This document shows positions 28,879 through 39,022 of a DNA stretch of 64,000 nucleotides, piece after piece (positions within the stretch are counted from its first letter, which is position 1; each line of letters begins with the position of its first letter). The notes beneath the pieces were generated by a model. That model was not told where the DNA came from. It worked only from the letters and a program-made list of their open reading frames with translations, and made no database searches. The DNA lies in assembly GCA_963851265.1 (NCBI GenBank), contig CAWKNZ010000003.1, positions 64,001 to 128,000 of the forward strand, in the 5' to 3' direction. The translations under genes were made by a program, and so were the position numbers. The DNA comes from an uncultured Gemmatimonadales bacterium (GTDB lineage Bacteria > Gemmatimonadota > Gemmatimonadetes > Gemmatimonadales > Gemmatimonadaceae).

Positions 28879-30096
28879 TCACGGCCGCGCGCCCTCCTCC
28901 CCGAACACGAGGTCGTCGACCCCGCCATCGCCGGGCCGCATCTGCGCGTCCGGCTCCCCGCCGCGCCCCGCGATCCGCGCCAACACCGGCGGCGCCATGA
29001 AGGTCGTCGCGAGCACCATCAGGGCCACGGCACTGAACAACGCGGGCGACAGGGCGTGACTCGCCAGCCCCGCCTGCGCGAAGATCAACCCCACTTCCCC
29101 GCGCGGAATCATCGCCGCCCCGATCAGCGACTTGCGCCCACGGAACCACACCGGCGCATACCCGGCGAGGAACTTCCCCACCACCCCCGTCGCGACCAGC
29201 GCCGCCCCGACGGCGAGCGTCTGCGGGTCGCCTAACGTTCGGACGTCCACCGACGCACCGACCGCGGCGAAGAACACCGGCACCACGAGGTGCCCGACCG
29301 TCGTCGTCGCCTGCTCGACCTCCGCACGCTGCGGCGTCTCGTGCAGCACGAGTCCCGCGGCGAACGCGCCGATGATCGTCGCCGACCCGACCCCCTCGGC
29401 GAGCCACGCCAGCGCGAACGCGAACGCCAGCCCGACCACCACCAGCGTCCCGGGCGCCTGCATCCGCGCCGCGGCGCGGAACATCGGCGGCGCGAGCAAC
29501 CGACCGAGCAGCAGCGCGCCCGCGATGAACCCCGCGGCGACCGCCGTCGTCCGCGCGACCAGCAACACGCCGACGCCCGCGCCCGCCACCACCGCGCCCA
29601 CCACGGCGAGGATCACGAGCCCCACCACGTCGTCGAGCACCGCCGCGCCTAACACTACCTGGCCTTCCGGCGTTTCCAGCTGGCCGAGGTCGCTCAGCAC
29701 CCGCGCCGAGATCCCGATCGACGTGGCCGAGAGCGACGCGGCCGCGACCACCGCGGCGAGCGGCGGCAACCCGAGCGCGGTCACCGCCGCGTAGCCCATC
29801 ACGCACGGCAGCGCGACGCCTACCAGCGCCACCGTCGTCGCCGCACCGCCCACGCGCACCAGCGCCCGCAGGTCGGTTTCCAGCCCGATCTCGAACAACA
29901 GCACGAGCACGCCGATCTGCGACAGCGCGTGGATCACCGGGTCCGCCGGATCGAGAACCCGGAGCAACGACCCGCCGAGCAGCACGCCCGCAACGAGCTC
30001 GCCCAGCACTGCGGGTTGTCCGAAGCGCTGGGCGAGGGCCCCGAGCAATTTGGTCGCGACGAGAAGGGCGACGAGCGCGCCGAGCAGGTGGTGCAT
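28879..30096 (-). CDS. cation:proton antiporter (CPA2/NapA-like)
   Basis: GQPAVLGEL, LLFEIGLE, ATSIGI, AAVLDDV, MIPRGEVG. Confidence 0.93.
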   Translation of the reverse strand: MHHLLGALVALLVATKLLGALAQRFGQPAVLGELVAGVLLGGSLLRVLDPADPVIHALSQIGVLVLLFEIGLETDLRALVRVGGAATTVALVGVALPCVMGYAAVTALGLPPLAAVVAAASLSATSIGISARVLSDLGQLETPEGQVVLGAAVLDDVVGLVILAVVGAVVAGAGVGVLLVARTTAVAAGFIAGALLLGRLLAPPMFRAAARMQAPGTLVVVGLAFAFALAWLAEGVGSATIIGAFAAGLVLHETPQRAEVEQATTTVGHLVVPVFFAAVGASVDVRTLGDPQTLAVGAALVATGVVGKFLAGYAPVWFRGRKSLIGAAMIPRGEVGLIFAQAGLASHALSPALFSAVALMVLATTFMAPPVLARIAGRGGEPDAQMRPGDGGVDDLVFGEEGARP

Positions 30097-30168
30097 GCCG
30101 GAACGCTAACCCGGCCGGCCGCCCCCTTCTACCACGGCCGCGGGTGCAGAAACCGCCGAGTGCCGCGC

Positions 30169-31650
30169 CTACCGCGAACGCGGCGTGCCGATCCGCGCCG
30201 GCGCGACCGGCGCGTCCAGCGGACCCCGCCCGAGCACGTTCCCGCCGTTCGTGACCGGTACCGCGACCGGAGCGGCGTTGACGGGCGACACGCGCGAGGT
30301 TCCGACCGGCTCGCGCGCGCTGTCACCGTTGCTCACGCCGTTGCCACTCTCGCCGGCACCCGCGTCGCCGAGCACGTTCGCGCGCGTCACGAGCTGCGCG
30401 GCGAGCACGGTCTGGATCACGCCGGTGATGCTCTGCGTCGCCGAATCCGGAGCGCTGCGCCCGTCGCTCGACACGGTCACCAGCCGTGCCGCCGCCAGGG
30501 CCCGCGCGATGGCCGGCGCGACCTGCGGCACGAGCTCGATCTGCCGGTAGCGGAAGTACGCTTCCCCGCCCGCCTCGATGGCCTCGTTCACCTTCTGAAT
30601 GCTCTCGGCCTGCGCGGCCGCGACCGTCGTGATCCGGATCGCCTCCGCCTGCGCCGCGGCCTGCGCCTCGATGCGCACGCGCTCCGCGTCCGCCCGCGCC
30701 TGCGCGATTTGCGTCGCGTCCAGCTCGGCCGTCCGCTGCACCGCGAGCGCGTCCTGCTTCTTCGCCTCGGCCTGCGCGATGAGCGCCGCGTTGGCGGCGC
30801 GCGTCTGCTCCAACTCGCGCTGCTTGTCCGAGATCGCGCGGTCCGCCTCGAGCTGCGCCTCGCGCGCACGCCGCGTCTGGTTGGCCGCGACGATTTCCGC
30901 GTTCGCCTGCGCCTCGGCCGCGCTCTGGCGTCGCCGCGCGTCGGCGACCTCGCTCTGGACCACCTTGATGTTGAGCGAATTGAAGATCAGCCCCAGGTCG
31001 GTCAGCTCGCGCGAGCACGCCTTGCGGATGATCACCGCGAGCGGGTCGTCGTCGTCCTCGACGGCCGCGACCGCACCCGCGGCCGAGGGCACGACCTCCA
31101 TTCCTCCGAGCGTCGTGAGCGCACCGCCGCCCGCCGAGAGCATCGCCGGCGCGCTCGGTGCGGGCAACGTGCGCACCGGCGCCGTTTTGGCCGAGAACAG
31201 CTGGTCGTGCGTGAGCAGGTTGATCGCGCGACGCCCCGAACTCGAGAGCAGGTCGGTGAGCGTGCTCACCTGGTCCCCCTCGCCCTTCGAGAAGAAACGG
31301 TTCGCCGCGGTCTTGATCAGCGTGTCCGTGTCGCCGACCGAGACGATCGCGCTCGCGAGCACGCGCACCTTGATCGGCCGCGGTACGCCGGCGTCGTCCA
31401 CGTCCGCAGTCTGGTCGGTGATGTCGAGGTCGACGTTGATGACCTTCGACGAGATGGTGGTCCCGGTCGTGAGCAGCGGGATCTCCTTGCTCTTGCCCGG
31501 GCCACGGTAGATGACGGTCCCCCCGTGCAGCCAGCTCACGAGGCGGATCTCGCCCGCCTCCACGTTGCGCAGGAACGACGCGACGACGAGCGGCACGAGC
31601 AGAAACACGGCCGCGATGACGATGACGATGACGACGGCGGACGACAGCAT
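30169..31650 (-). CDS. flotillin-like SPFH domain protein
   Basis: N-terminal TM, SPFH-like core (ELTDLGLIFNSLNI), Ala/Glu/Gln-rich coiled coil. Confidence 0.8.
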   Translation of the reverse strand: MLSSAVVIVIVIAAVFLLVPLVVASFLRNVEAGEIRLVSWLHGGTVIYRGPGKSKEIPLLTTGTTISSKVINVDLDITDQTADVDDAGVPRPIKVRVLASAIVSVGDTDTLIKTAANRFFSKGEGDQVSTLTDLLSSSGRRAINLLTHDQLFSAKTAPVRTLPAPSAPAMLSAGGGALTTLGGMEVVPSAAGAVAAVEDDDDPLAVIIRKACSRELTDLGLIFNSLNIKVVQSEVADARRRQSAAEAQANAEIVAANQTRRAREAQLEADRAISDKQRELEQTRAANAALIAQAEAKKQDALAVQRTAELDATQIAQARADAERVRIEAQAAAQAEAIRITTVAAAQAESIQKVNEAIEAGGEAYFRYRQIELVPQVAPAIARALAAARLVTVSSDGRSAPDSATQSITGVIQTVLAAQLVTRANVLGDAGAGESGNGVSNGDSAREPVGTSRVSPVNAAPVAVPVTNGGNVLGRGPLDAPVAPARIGTPRSR

Positions 31651-31708
31651 GTGAGATAGAGGAAGTGGAGGGGGAAGGTTCGGGAGGAGGGAGAAACGTG
31701 CGGCAGCG

Positions 31709-32347
31709 TCACCCGGGCCCGGCGACCGACACGATGCAGCGGTTCCGCTCCGCGTCGACCTCCTCGACCCGCAGGCGGTCGCCCAGGCGTACGCGGCGCT
31801 CCTGGTCCGCCGGGCACAGTCGACCGAGCAGCTGCACGACCTGGCCGTCCAGCTCGAGCGCCACGAGCCCTTCGCCGCGCGCGTCGAAGCCACTCGCCGC
31901 GCGCGCGTGGTCGTACAGCGCGGTTTCCAACGTCTGCGCCGGCGCCGACGCGAACCGCTCGACGAATCGCCACATCGGCGACACCGCCGCACGCTCGAAC
32001 AGCACGCCGAGCGCGACCGCCGCGGCCGCGAGTGGCAGCGCCGCGTGCAACACCGGACGCAACAGCAGCCCCGCCGCACCCAGCCCGAGTAGCACCGAGA
32101 AGAGCACGCGCGGCGACGCGACCGCCAGCAGCAGGTCGCGCGCAGCGCCCGCCGCGTCTCGCGACCCGCGGGAGCCGTGGCCGCGCGAGCCGCGGCTCCC
32201 GCGGGCGGCGTGCCCGGCGTGGCCGTGCCCCGCGTGGCCGTGCCCGGCATGGGCGCGACCCACGCCGCCATGGTGCCCGAGCGCGCCCACCGCCATCACC
32301 GCCAGCCCGGCCACGCCGAGCACGAACGCCAGCAGGTAGAGGTCCAT
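31709..32347 (-). CDS. NfeD-like membrane protein with His/Gly-rich loop
   Basis: TM segments and a C-terminal OB-like domain (GEGLVALELDGQ...GDRLRVEEVD); lies directly upstream of the flotillin gene. Confidence 0.72.
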   Translation of the reverse strand: MDLYLLAFVLGVAGLAVMAVGALGHHGGVGRAHAGHGHAGHGHAGHAARGSRGSRGHGSRGSRDAAGAARDLLLAVASPRVLFSVLLGLGAAGLLLRPVLHAALPLAAAAVALGVLFERAAVSPMWRFVERFASAPAQTLETALYDHARAASGFDARGEGLVALELDGQVVQLLGRLCPADQERRVRLGDRLRVEEVDAERNRCIVSVAGPG

Positions 32348-32399
32348 ATGAGGGAAACGCGTGATCGGCGGCCCGCGTTCGCGCGGGCCGCCGCCCGAC

Positions 32400-33512
32400 T
32401 CACGGCTTCTGCCCGGGCATCTGGATCATCGGCATCGCGCTGCCCGAGACCGTCGGCATCTGGCCGTTCCACTTGTTTGCCATCTGATACTGCACCAGCG
32501 TCGGCGTGATGCTCCGCGACAACAGCTCGTTGGCCTTGGCCTGCGCCTCCGCCTCCGCCGTGATCGCCTTCGCACGCCCCGCCGCCTTGATCGAATCGCC
32601 CTGCGCGTTGAACGTGTTCTTCTGCAGCTCGTTCTGGGCCGTGAGGGCCTGCTGTTGCATCACGTTCTTCTGGTTGATCGCCTGCATCACCGCGTCGGGC
32701 GCCCGCAGCTCGTTGATCGTGAACTGCTTTACCACGATTCCGTACTGCGCGAGTCGCTGCGCGATCAGCTGCTGCGTCCGGTTCACCACCTCGGCCTTCT
32801 TCGGCCCGATGATGTCGGCGATCTGCTCGCTGCCGATCACCTCCTGCAGCGCCTGGCGGATCGTCTGCTTCACGTAGCCGTGCTGGATCGTGCTGATGTC
32901 CGTGCGGAACGTCTGGTACAGCTGCGGTACCTTCGTCTGGTCCAGCTCGAACGACATCGAGGCGTCCACCGACAGCGGCTGCCCCTCCTGCGAGTTGACG
33001 TTGATCTCGTCGTTCTGCGGCGAGCCCTCCGTCGCGGCGCGCGTCAGCACGAGCGTCTGCATGAACGTCGGGTACTCCTCCACGGCCGTGAGCATCGGGT
33101 TCCGCAGGTGCAGCCCCGGACCCCAGGGCGTGCGGTCCACGCCGCCGCCGGCGCGGTGGATCACGATGCCCACGTGCCCCGGGTTGATGTACGTGAGCAT
33201 CGTCGGAAGCATGACCAGCAGCACGAGCAGTACGCCCGCCACCGCGAGCGCCCGCCGCACCACGTGTCCCACCTCCTCGCGCGTGCGCCCCGGGGGTGCC
33301 GCGCGCAATCCGCCGCCGTTTACCCCGGCGTTCGCCTCCGCGAACGCGTCATCGAGTGCATTCCGGCCCGCGGTGGCACGCCGCGCCGCACGCGCGGCGA
33401 ATGGTGGAGTGAACGCTGGGGCGAACGGCGCGGCATCGGGGGCCGGAGTGGCGGTCGTCGCGTTGAGCGGCGTGCGGTCATCGAGCGGACGACCGTTATC
33501 GGACGTCGACAT
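32400..33512 (-). CDS. prohibitin/band 7 (SPFH) family protein
   Basis: YINPGHVGIV, SQEGQPLSVD, AEAEAQAKANELLSRSITPTLVQY, KWNGQMP. Confidence 0.9.
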   Translation of the reverse strand: MSTSDNGRPLDDRTPLNATTATPAPDAAPFAPAFTPPFAARAARRATAGRNALDDAFAEANAGVNGGGLRAAPPGRTREEVGHVVRRALAVAGVLLVLLVMLPTMLTYINPGHVGIVIHRAGGGVDRTPWGPGLHLRNPMLTAVEEYPTFMQTLVLTRAATEGSPQNDEINVNSQEGQPLSVDASMSFELDQTKVPQLYQTFRTDISTIQHGYVKQTIRQALQEVIGSEQIADIIGPKKAEVVNRTQQLIAQRLAQYGIVVKQFTINELRAPDAVMQAINQKNVMQQQALTAQNELQKNTFNAQGDSIKAAGRAKAITAEAEAQAKANELLSRSITPTLVQYQMANKWNGQMPTVSGSAMPMIQMPGQKP

Positions 33513-33666
33513 GTGATCTCCTCGGAGTCGCGGGCCGCGAAGGGGCCCGAAAGCGACAGGGGTGCCCAGCGCCGCCGCGATCTCGCGGCGAACCAGGCAC
33601 CCCCATCATGGCTATGACCATCGTGCCCCACAATACGGGGCCGACTGCGAGGAAGTTGCGAACCGC

Positions 33667-34326
33667 TTACCGGTTCGCGCCCGCCGCCTCGGGCGTCGCG
33701 CCCGCGCCCACACCCTGCGCCGACTTGCCGGCCAGGAACTGCGCCGTCACCTCGGCCACGCGCTTGCCCTGGAACCGCGCGCCGGCGAGCGCCGTGTCGT
33801 CGGGCTTCACGGTCCCGTTCTGACTCGTCCAGCTCGTGCCGTACGGGTTACCGGCCGCAAACTGAATCGGGTCCGCGAACCCCGGCGCGACCGTGATGCT
33901 GCTCCAGTGGTAGAACGTGTTGTACAGCGCGAGCAGCGTCGCCTCCTGCCCACCGTGCGACGTCGCCGAGCTCGTGAACCCCGACGTGATCTTGTTCACC
34001 AGCTTGCCCGTGGCCCACAGCGGCCCGGTCGTGTCGAGGAACTGCTTGAGCTGCGCCGTCGGAAGCCCGTACCGCGTCGGCGTGCCGAAGATCAGCGCGT
34101 CGCATTCCTCGAGGTCGGTGAGCGTCGCCTCGGGCACGTTCTGCGTCTCGAGCCGGTGTGCCGCCCACCCCGCGTTGCTCGCGATCGCCTCCTCGGGCGC
34201 CAGCTCGCGCACCTTCAGGATGCGAACGTCCGCACCCGTGGACTTGGCGCCCTCTGCGATCGCCTTCGCGAGCTCGTACGTCGTGCCCGTGGCGCTGTAG
34301 TAGATGACGGCGACTTTGACGGCCAT
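33667..34326 (-). CDS. wrbA: NAD(P)H:quinone oxidoreductase WrbA
   Basis: YYSATGT, GTPTRYG, HGGQE, GNPYG. Confidence 0.95.
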   Translation of the reverse strand: MAVKVAVIYYSATGTTYELAKAIAEGAKSTGADVRILKVRELAPEEAIASNAGWAAHRLETQNVPEATLTDLEECDALIFGTPTRYGLPTAQLKQFLDTTGPLWATGKLVNKITSGFTSSATSHGGQEATLLALYNTFYHWSSITVAPGFADPIQFAAGNPYGTSWTSQNGTVKPDDTALAGARFQGKRVAEVTAQFLAGKSAQGVGAGATPEAAGANR

Positions 34327-34385
34327 GCGGGAGTCCTGAAAAGAGGGGCGGAGGCGACGTGGTCAGCGGAACGCGGACTCACGTT

Positions 34386-34403
34386 TATCTTAGCGGTAAG
34401 ATA
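34386..34403. promoter_or_regulatory. palindromic MarR/MhqR-type operator upstream of wrbA
   Basis: TATCTTA-GCGG-TAAGATA, perfect 7-bp arms, AT-rich in a GC-rich background, 60 nt upstream of the wrbA ATG. Confidence 0.75.
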
Positions 34404-34457
34404 TCACCGTTTCCACACGGCGCCGCTACATCGGACCGCGCAACCGCGGTGTAACGC

Positions 34458-35057
34458 TTACAGGTGGTACTCCGGTTCGTGCGCGGGCTCGTCCTCGCCC
34501 ACCCCGACGTCCGAGCCCGGCAATGCCGCCCCCCGCCCGAGCCGCCGGACGAGCACCGTCGCCGCGAGTTGCTCGTCTCGCGTCAGTCCACGCATCGCCT
34601 CCGCCACGGCCGCCGCGTGCAGCGGGAACGCCTCCCGCACGAACGCCTCCCCCGCCGCCGTGAGCGCCGCGTAACGTGCGCGCCGATCGCCCGGACACGC
34701 TTCGCGCCGTACCCACCCGCGCTTCACCAACCGGTCGATGAGGTAAGTCACCCCGCCGCTCGACACGAGCAGCGACCGCTGCACCTCGCCCAACAACATG
34801 CGCCCTTTGTGGTGCAGCGCCTCCAGCACGCCGAATTCGGCCAGCGTGAGCCCATATCGCGCCACGTCGGCCGCCGCGCGCGCCGCGATCGCCGCGTGCG
34901 CCCGCGCCAGCACCACCCACAGCTTCAGTGCGTCCCGCTCGGCGGGCGTCACGTCCGGCTCGGTCGGCTTTCGGCAAGGCACGGGCGCGGCCGAGTCGGC
35001 GCGCGGCGGGCGGTCGCCACGAAGCGGCGTGGGGCGGACGGTCGGAGAGGACGACAT
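34458..35057 (-). CDS. MarR family regulator (MhqR-like); alternative GTG start at 34952
   Basis: ALKLWVVLARA...GLTLAEFGVLEALHHKG...SSGGVTYLIDRL...DRR...FPLHA closely parallels MhqR. Confidence 0.9.
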   Translation of the reverse strand: MSSSPTVRPTPLRGDRPPRADSAAPVPCRKPTEPDVTPAERDALKLWVVLARAHAAIAARAAADVARYGLTLAEFGVLEALHHKGRMLLGEVQRSLLVSSGGVTYLIDRLVKRGWVRREACPGDRRARYAALTAAGEAFVREAFPLHAAAVAEAMRGLTRDEQLAATVLVRRLGRGAALPGSDVGVGEDEPAHEPEYHL

Positions 35058-35196
35058 GCGGAGCGTGGGTCGGCAACGGGCGGATGGTCCACAAGCTAGC
35101 GCTTCACCCTCCGCAGCCCCGCCACGCGGCACAGCGTTGCGCGCCGCCCGACCGTAGCTGACACCGTCCCCCGCCCGCCTCCGCCCCTGCGCCACG

Positions 35197-37050
35197 ATGC
35201 CCCAGACGCCCTTGCCCTCGCCCACGGCCGCCCCGGCCCCCGATCGGCGCACCTTCATGCGCTACTTCGCCGGCACCAGCCTCGGCGCCACGCTCTTTCC
35301 CGGCGTCCTCTGGGCCAGCGTGGCCGCAGGCGCCGAGCTCACCCCGGCCACCGTAGCCGCCGCGGAGGAGGTCGCGGGCCTGCACTTCGATGCCGCCGAG
35401 CGCGAGATGCTCCTCGACGGACTCAAACGCCAGGAGCAGCAGATCGAAGCCCTGCACGCGCTCCCGCTCGACAACGCCGTCGCCCCGGCCGTCCACTTCG
35501 ACCCGTTGGGCGCGCTCGCCCCGGACACTCGCACCGAGCTGGTCGCGCACCTCGCGGCCGGAGCCAGATCGGCCCCCCGCCCCGCCCCCGCAACCCACGC
35601 GGCGCCCGCCACGGCCGTGCCACGCGATGCGGACCTCGCGTTCCAACCCGTGACGGTGCTGGGAGAGTTGCTCCGCACGCGCCGTATTACGTCGACGCAG
35701 CTCACCCGCGTCTACCTCGACCGCATCCGGCGGTTCGACCCGACGCTCAGGTGCGTCATCACCCTCACCGACGAACGCGCCCTGCAGCACGCGGCGGCCG
35801 CGGACGACGAGATCGCGCGCGGCCACTACCGCGGCCCGCTGCACGGCATTCCGTGGGGCGCCAAGGACCTGCTCGCCGTCCGCGGCTACCCCACCACATG
35901 GGGCGCCGGCCCCTATCGCGACCAGGTCATCGACGCCGACGCGGAGGTCGTACGGCGCCTCGACGCCGCGGGCGCCGTGCTCGTCGCCAAGCTCACACTC
36001 GGGGAACTCGCCCAGGGCGACGTCTGGTTCGGCCGCGGCGCCACCGACGCCGCCGGTGATGAGGCGAAAACCCGCAGCGGCCAGCGCACCCGCAACCCGT
36101 GGAAGCCAGACCAGGGCTCCAGCGGCTCGAGCGCCGGGCCGGCCAGCGCCACGGCGGCCGGCCTCGTCGGCTTCGCGATCGGCAGCGAGACGTTGGGCAG
36201 CATCTCGTCGCCGAGCACGCGGTGCGGCGTCACCGGACTCCGCCCCACCTTCGGCCGCGTCCCCCGAACCGGCGCGATGGCCCTCTCGTGGAGCATGGAC
36301 AAGCTCGGCCCCATCGCGCGCTCCGCGGCCGACTGCGCCCTCGTCCTCGACGCCATCCGCGGCCCCGACGGACGCGACGCGACGTGCGTCGACCTGCCCT
36401 ACACCTGGCGCCCAGACCGTACGTTAGGCGAGATCCGCGTCGGCTACGTGCGGAGTTCGTTCGACGCGCCCGCCGCCGACCCCAGCGACCCCAAGCGCGT
36501 CCTCCACCCCACCAAGGCGTTCGACGACGCGGCGCTCGCCGTCCTCCGCGACCGCCTCGGCGTGCGCCTCATTCCGGTCGAGCTCCCGGACGCGCCGTAC
36601 GACGCGATGCGCCTCATCCTGACCGCCGAGGCGGCGGCCGCGTTCGACGAGCTCACGCGCACGCACCGCGACCGCCTGCTCGTGCAGCAGGGCCGGGGCG
36701 ACTGGCCTAACACGTTCCGGACGGCACGCTTCATCCCGGCGGTCGACTACATCAACGCCAACCGGCACCGCACCCTCGCCGTGCAGCGCTGGGAAGCGCT
36801 GTTCGCCGGGCCCAACGCGGTCGACGTCATCGTCACCCCGACGTTCGCGGCGGGGCTCACCCAACTCGTCGCGACCAACCTCACCGGCCACCCGTCGGTC
36901 ATCGTCCCACACGGCTTCCGCGAGGACGGCACCCCGGTCTCGCTCAGCTTCCTCGGCCGCCTCTACGGCGAAGCCGACATGCTGCGCGTCGCCGCCGCGT
37001 ACCAGACGGCGACGGACTTCCACACGCGACGCCCGCCAACCTTTGCGTGA
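35197..37050 (+). CDS. amidase signature family protein with Tat-like signal
   Basis: DRRTFM twin-Arg motif; GPLHGIPWGAKD, GSSGSSAG, GSETLGSI. Confidence 0.93.
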   Translation: MPQTPLPSPTAAPAPDRRTFMRYFAGTSLGATLFPGVLWASVAAGAELTPATVAAAEEVAGLHFDAAEREMLLDGLKRQEQQIEALHALPLDNAVAPAVHFDPLGALAPDTRTELVAHLAAGARSAPRPAPATHAAPATAVPRDADLAFQPVTVLGELLRTRRITSTQLTRVYLDRIRRFDPTLRCVITLTDERALQHAAAADDEIARGHYRGPLHGIPWGAKDLLAVRGYPTTWGAGPYRDQVIDADAEVVRRLDAAGAVLVAKLTLGELAQGDVWFGRGATDAAGDEAKTRSGQRTRNPWKPDQGSSGSSAGPASATAAGLVGFAIGSETLGSISSPSTRCGVTGLRPTFGRVPRTGAMALSWSMDKLGPIARSAADCALVLDAIRGPDGRDATCVDLPYTWRPDRTLGEIRVGYVRSSFDAPAADPSDPKRVLHPTKAFDDAALAVLRDRLGVRLIPVELPDAPYDAMRLILTAEAAAAFDELTRTHRDRLLVQQGRGDWPNTFRTARFIPAVDYINANRHRTLAVQRWEALFAGPNAVDVIVTPTFAAGLTQLVATNLTGHPSVIVPHGFREDGTPVSLSFLGRLYGEADMLRVAAAYQTATDFHTRRPPTFA

Positions 37051-37125
37051 TCGCGCTTGCGCCCGCTCCGCCGCGGGTGCATCGTAGCGCTCCCTGCCCC
37101 GCTCGCCATCCCCCTTCCGCCCGCC

Positions 37126-37449
37126 ATGCGACTCCTCGCCCTACCACTCGCCCTCGCCCTCTACGCCGGCGCCGCGAGCGCACAGACCGCCGCGCGGTCG
37201 GCCAAACCGGCCGTCGCGGCGACGAAAGCCGCCCCCGCCGCCGCGGCCGCCGCGAAGGCCGACCCGATCGACATCAACACGGCGACCAAGGCCGATCTGC
37301 AAGCCATCCCGGGCATCGGCGACGTGTACGCCACCAAGATCATCGCCGGCCGCCCGTACCACAGCAAGGACGAACTGACGCGCAAGAAGGTCCTCCCCGC
37401 CGGCGTGTACGCCAAGGTCAAGGACCGCGTCATCGCCCGGCAGCACTGA
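37126..37449 (+). CDS. ComEA-like helix-hairpin-helix DNA-binding protein, exported
   Basis: Signal peptide; IDINTATKADLQAIPGIG...KIIAGRPY. Confidence 0.88.
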   Translation: MRLLALPLALALYAGAASAQTAARSAKPAVAATKAAPAAAAAAKADPIDINTATKADLQAIPGIGDVYATKIIAGRPYHSKDELTRKKVLPAGVYAKVKDRVIARQH

Positions 37450-37607
37450 GCGCGACCCGCGCGTCTGCCGGCTCGTGCCGGGGCACGCCGACCCGCGCCT
37501 CATCAGCGCGTCGACGGCCTCGGGCGCGAGCGGCCGCGCGGAGCGATACCTCTCGTTGCAGCTCGTTGCAGCGGCGTGTACCTGGAGCGGCCGGGCCTCG
37601 CCTCCGG

Positions 37608-39008
37608 TCAGCGCCCCAATTCGAACCGCAGCGTGCCATCGACCGTCGGCCGCCGGAACTCGAAGCCGGCCGCGAGAAGTCGCGCCGGCACGACACGCTG
37701 ACTCGCCAGCAGCACCTCATCCGCCTGTTCTCGGCCGAGCGCGAGCCGGAGCGCGAACGCGGGCGCTGGCATCAGGGCCGGCCGGTGCAGCACGTGGCCG
37801 AGCGCGTGCGCGAAATCGGCGTTTCGTATCGGCTCGGGAAGAACCACGTTCACCGGGCCTTCCAGCGCCTCGCGTGCGATCGCTGCGTGAATCGCGCCGA
37901 CCACGTCGTCCAGCCCCACCACGCTCAACCACTGGCGCCCGCTCCCCATCGGCCCGCCCACGCCGAGTTGTGCCGGCAGTAGCAGCTTCGCGAGCGCACC
38001 GCCGGCGGGCGTGAGCACCACGCCGAGTCGCGGGTGCACGACCCGTACGCCGGCTAGGCGTGCCGGCTCGGCCGCATCCTCCCACGCCACGCAGACGTCG
38101 GCGAGGAATCCGCGCCCCGGCCCGGCACCTTCGTCGAGCACCTCGTCCCCACGATCGCCGTAGTAGCCGACCGCGCTCGCCGAGACGAGCACGCGCGGCG
38201 GACGCTCCATCGCGGCAATCGTCCGCGCGATGAGTCCTGTCCCCTGCACCCGGCTGTCCCGGATCGCGCGGCGGTGCTGGGGCGTCCACCGCTCGCCCAC
38301 GTTGGCGCCCGCGAGGTGCACCACCGCGTCCACCCCGTCCAGCGCCCGCGGATCGAGACGACCGGCAGCCGGGTCCCACTGCACGTCGCGCAGTTGGGCA
38401 GAGGGCGGCGACGCTCCACCCGCGCCGCGTCCGATCCGCACCACCGTGTGCCCGCCCGTGGTGAGGAAGTGCGTCAGCGCGTGACCGATGAGTCCCGAGG
38501 CCCCCGTCACGGCGACGGTCATCGGCGGCAGTGCGGCCGCGGCATGGCGTTCGAGGTCGGCGAGGGTCACGGCGTGTCGGTATCCGAAGAGTCGGGTCAA
38601 CTCGGCCCGGGCGACGGCGCCGCCGCCCAGCGCGCCTAACGCACCGAACGGGAGGGCGTAGTCGATCGCGTCGGTGAGCGTGCTCGCCGCCGCGCCCGGC
38701 CCGTCATCGACCCGATGCAGGTGCGACCATCGGGCGAACGGGCCCGCAAGCTGCACGTCACGAAACTGGCGGCCGGCGACGTAGTCCCGGTGTTCGAGCC
38801 GCCACCGCACGCGAACGCCGACCGGCAGTCCCGGCGGCAACCACGTGCGCAGCTCCACGCGCGCCCCGTCCGTGATGCGCCCGTCGCTGCGCACGACCTC
38901 CACGCGCTGCCACGGCGGCGACAGGCGCTCGAACGCGCCAGGACGCGCGTGCCACGCGAACAGCACGTCGCGCGGCACGGGAACGGTGACGGAACGCGAG
39001 AAATGCAC
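37608..39008 (-). CDS. SRPBCC + TIGR01777 (YfcH-like) epimerase/oxidoreductase fusion
   Basis: WHARPGAFERLSPPW...GPFARWSHLH (SRPBCC), then VTGASGLIG, HLAG, SAVGYYG, C-terminal SQRVVP; GTG at 39008. Confidence 0.9.
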   Translation of the reverse strand: MHFSRSVTVPVPRDVLFAWHARPGAFERLSPPWQRVEVVRSDGRITDGARVELRTWLPPGLPVGVRVRWRLEHRDYVAGRQFRDVQLAGPFARWSHLHRVDDGPGAAASTLTDAIDYALPFGALGALGGGAVARAELTRLFGYRHAVTLADLERHAAAALPPMTVAVTGASGLIGHALTHFLTTGGHTVVRIGRGAGGASPPSAQLRDVQWDPAAGRLDPRALDGVDAVVHLAGANVGERWTPQHRRAIRDSRVQGTGLIARTIAAMERPPRVLVSASAVGYYGDRGDEVLDEGAGPGRGFLADVCVAWEDAAEPARLAGVRVVHPRLGVVLTPAGGALAKLLLPAQLGVGGPMGSGRQWLSVVGLDDVVGAIHAAIAREALEGPVNVVLPEPIRNADFAHALGHVLHRPALMPAPAFALRLALGREQADEVLLASQRVVPARLLAAGFEFRRPTVDGTLRFELGR

Positions 39009-39022
39009 GAGACGGGTGAGGG

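Noticed and set aside
37126..37449. ComEA-like gene as evidence that GTTAGGC is a DNA-uptake sequence
   Set aside because: ComEA-type HhH proteins bind DNA non-specifically and are widespread; no other competence genes are in the window.
37608..39008. SRPBCC-TIGR01777 fusion as a novelty
   Set aside because: This architecture is already known in several bacterial groups.
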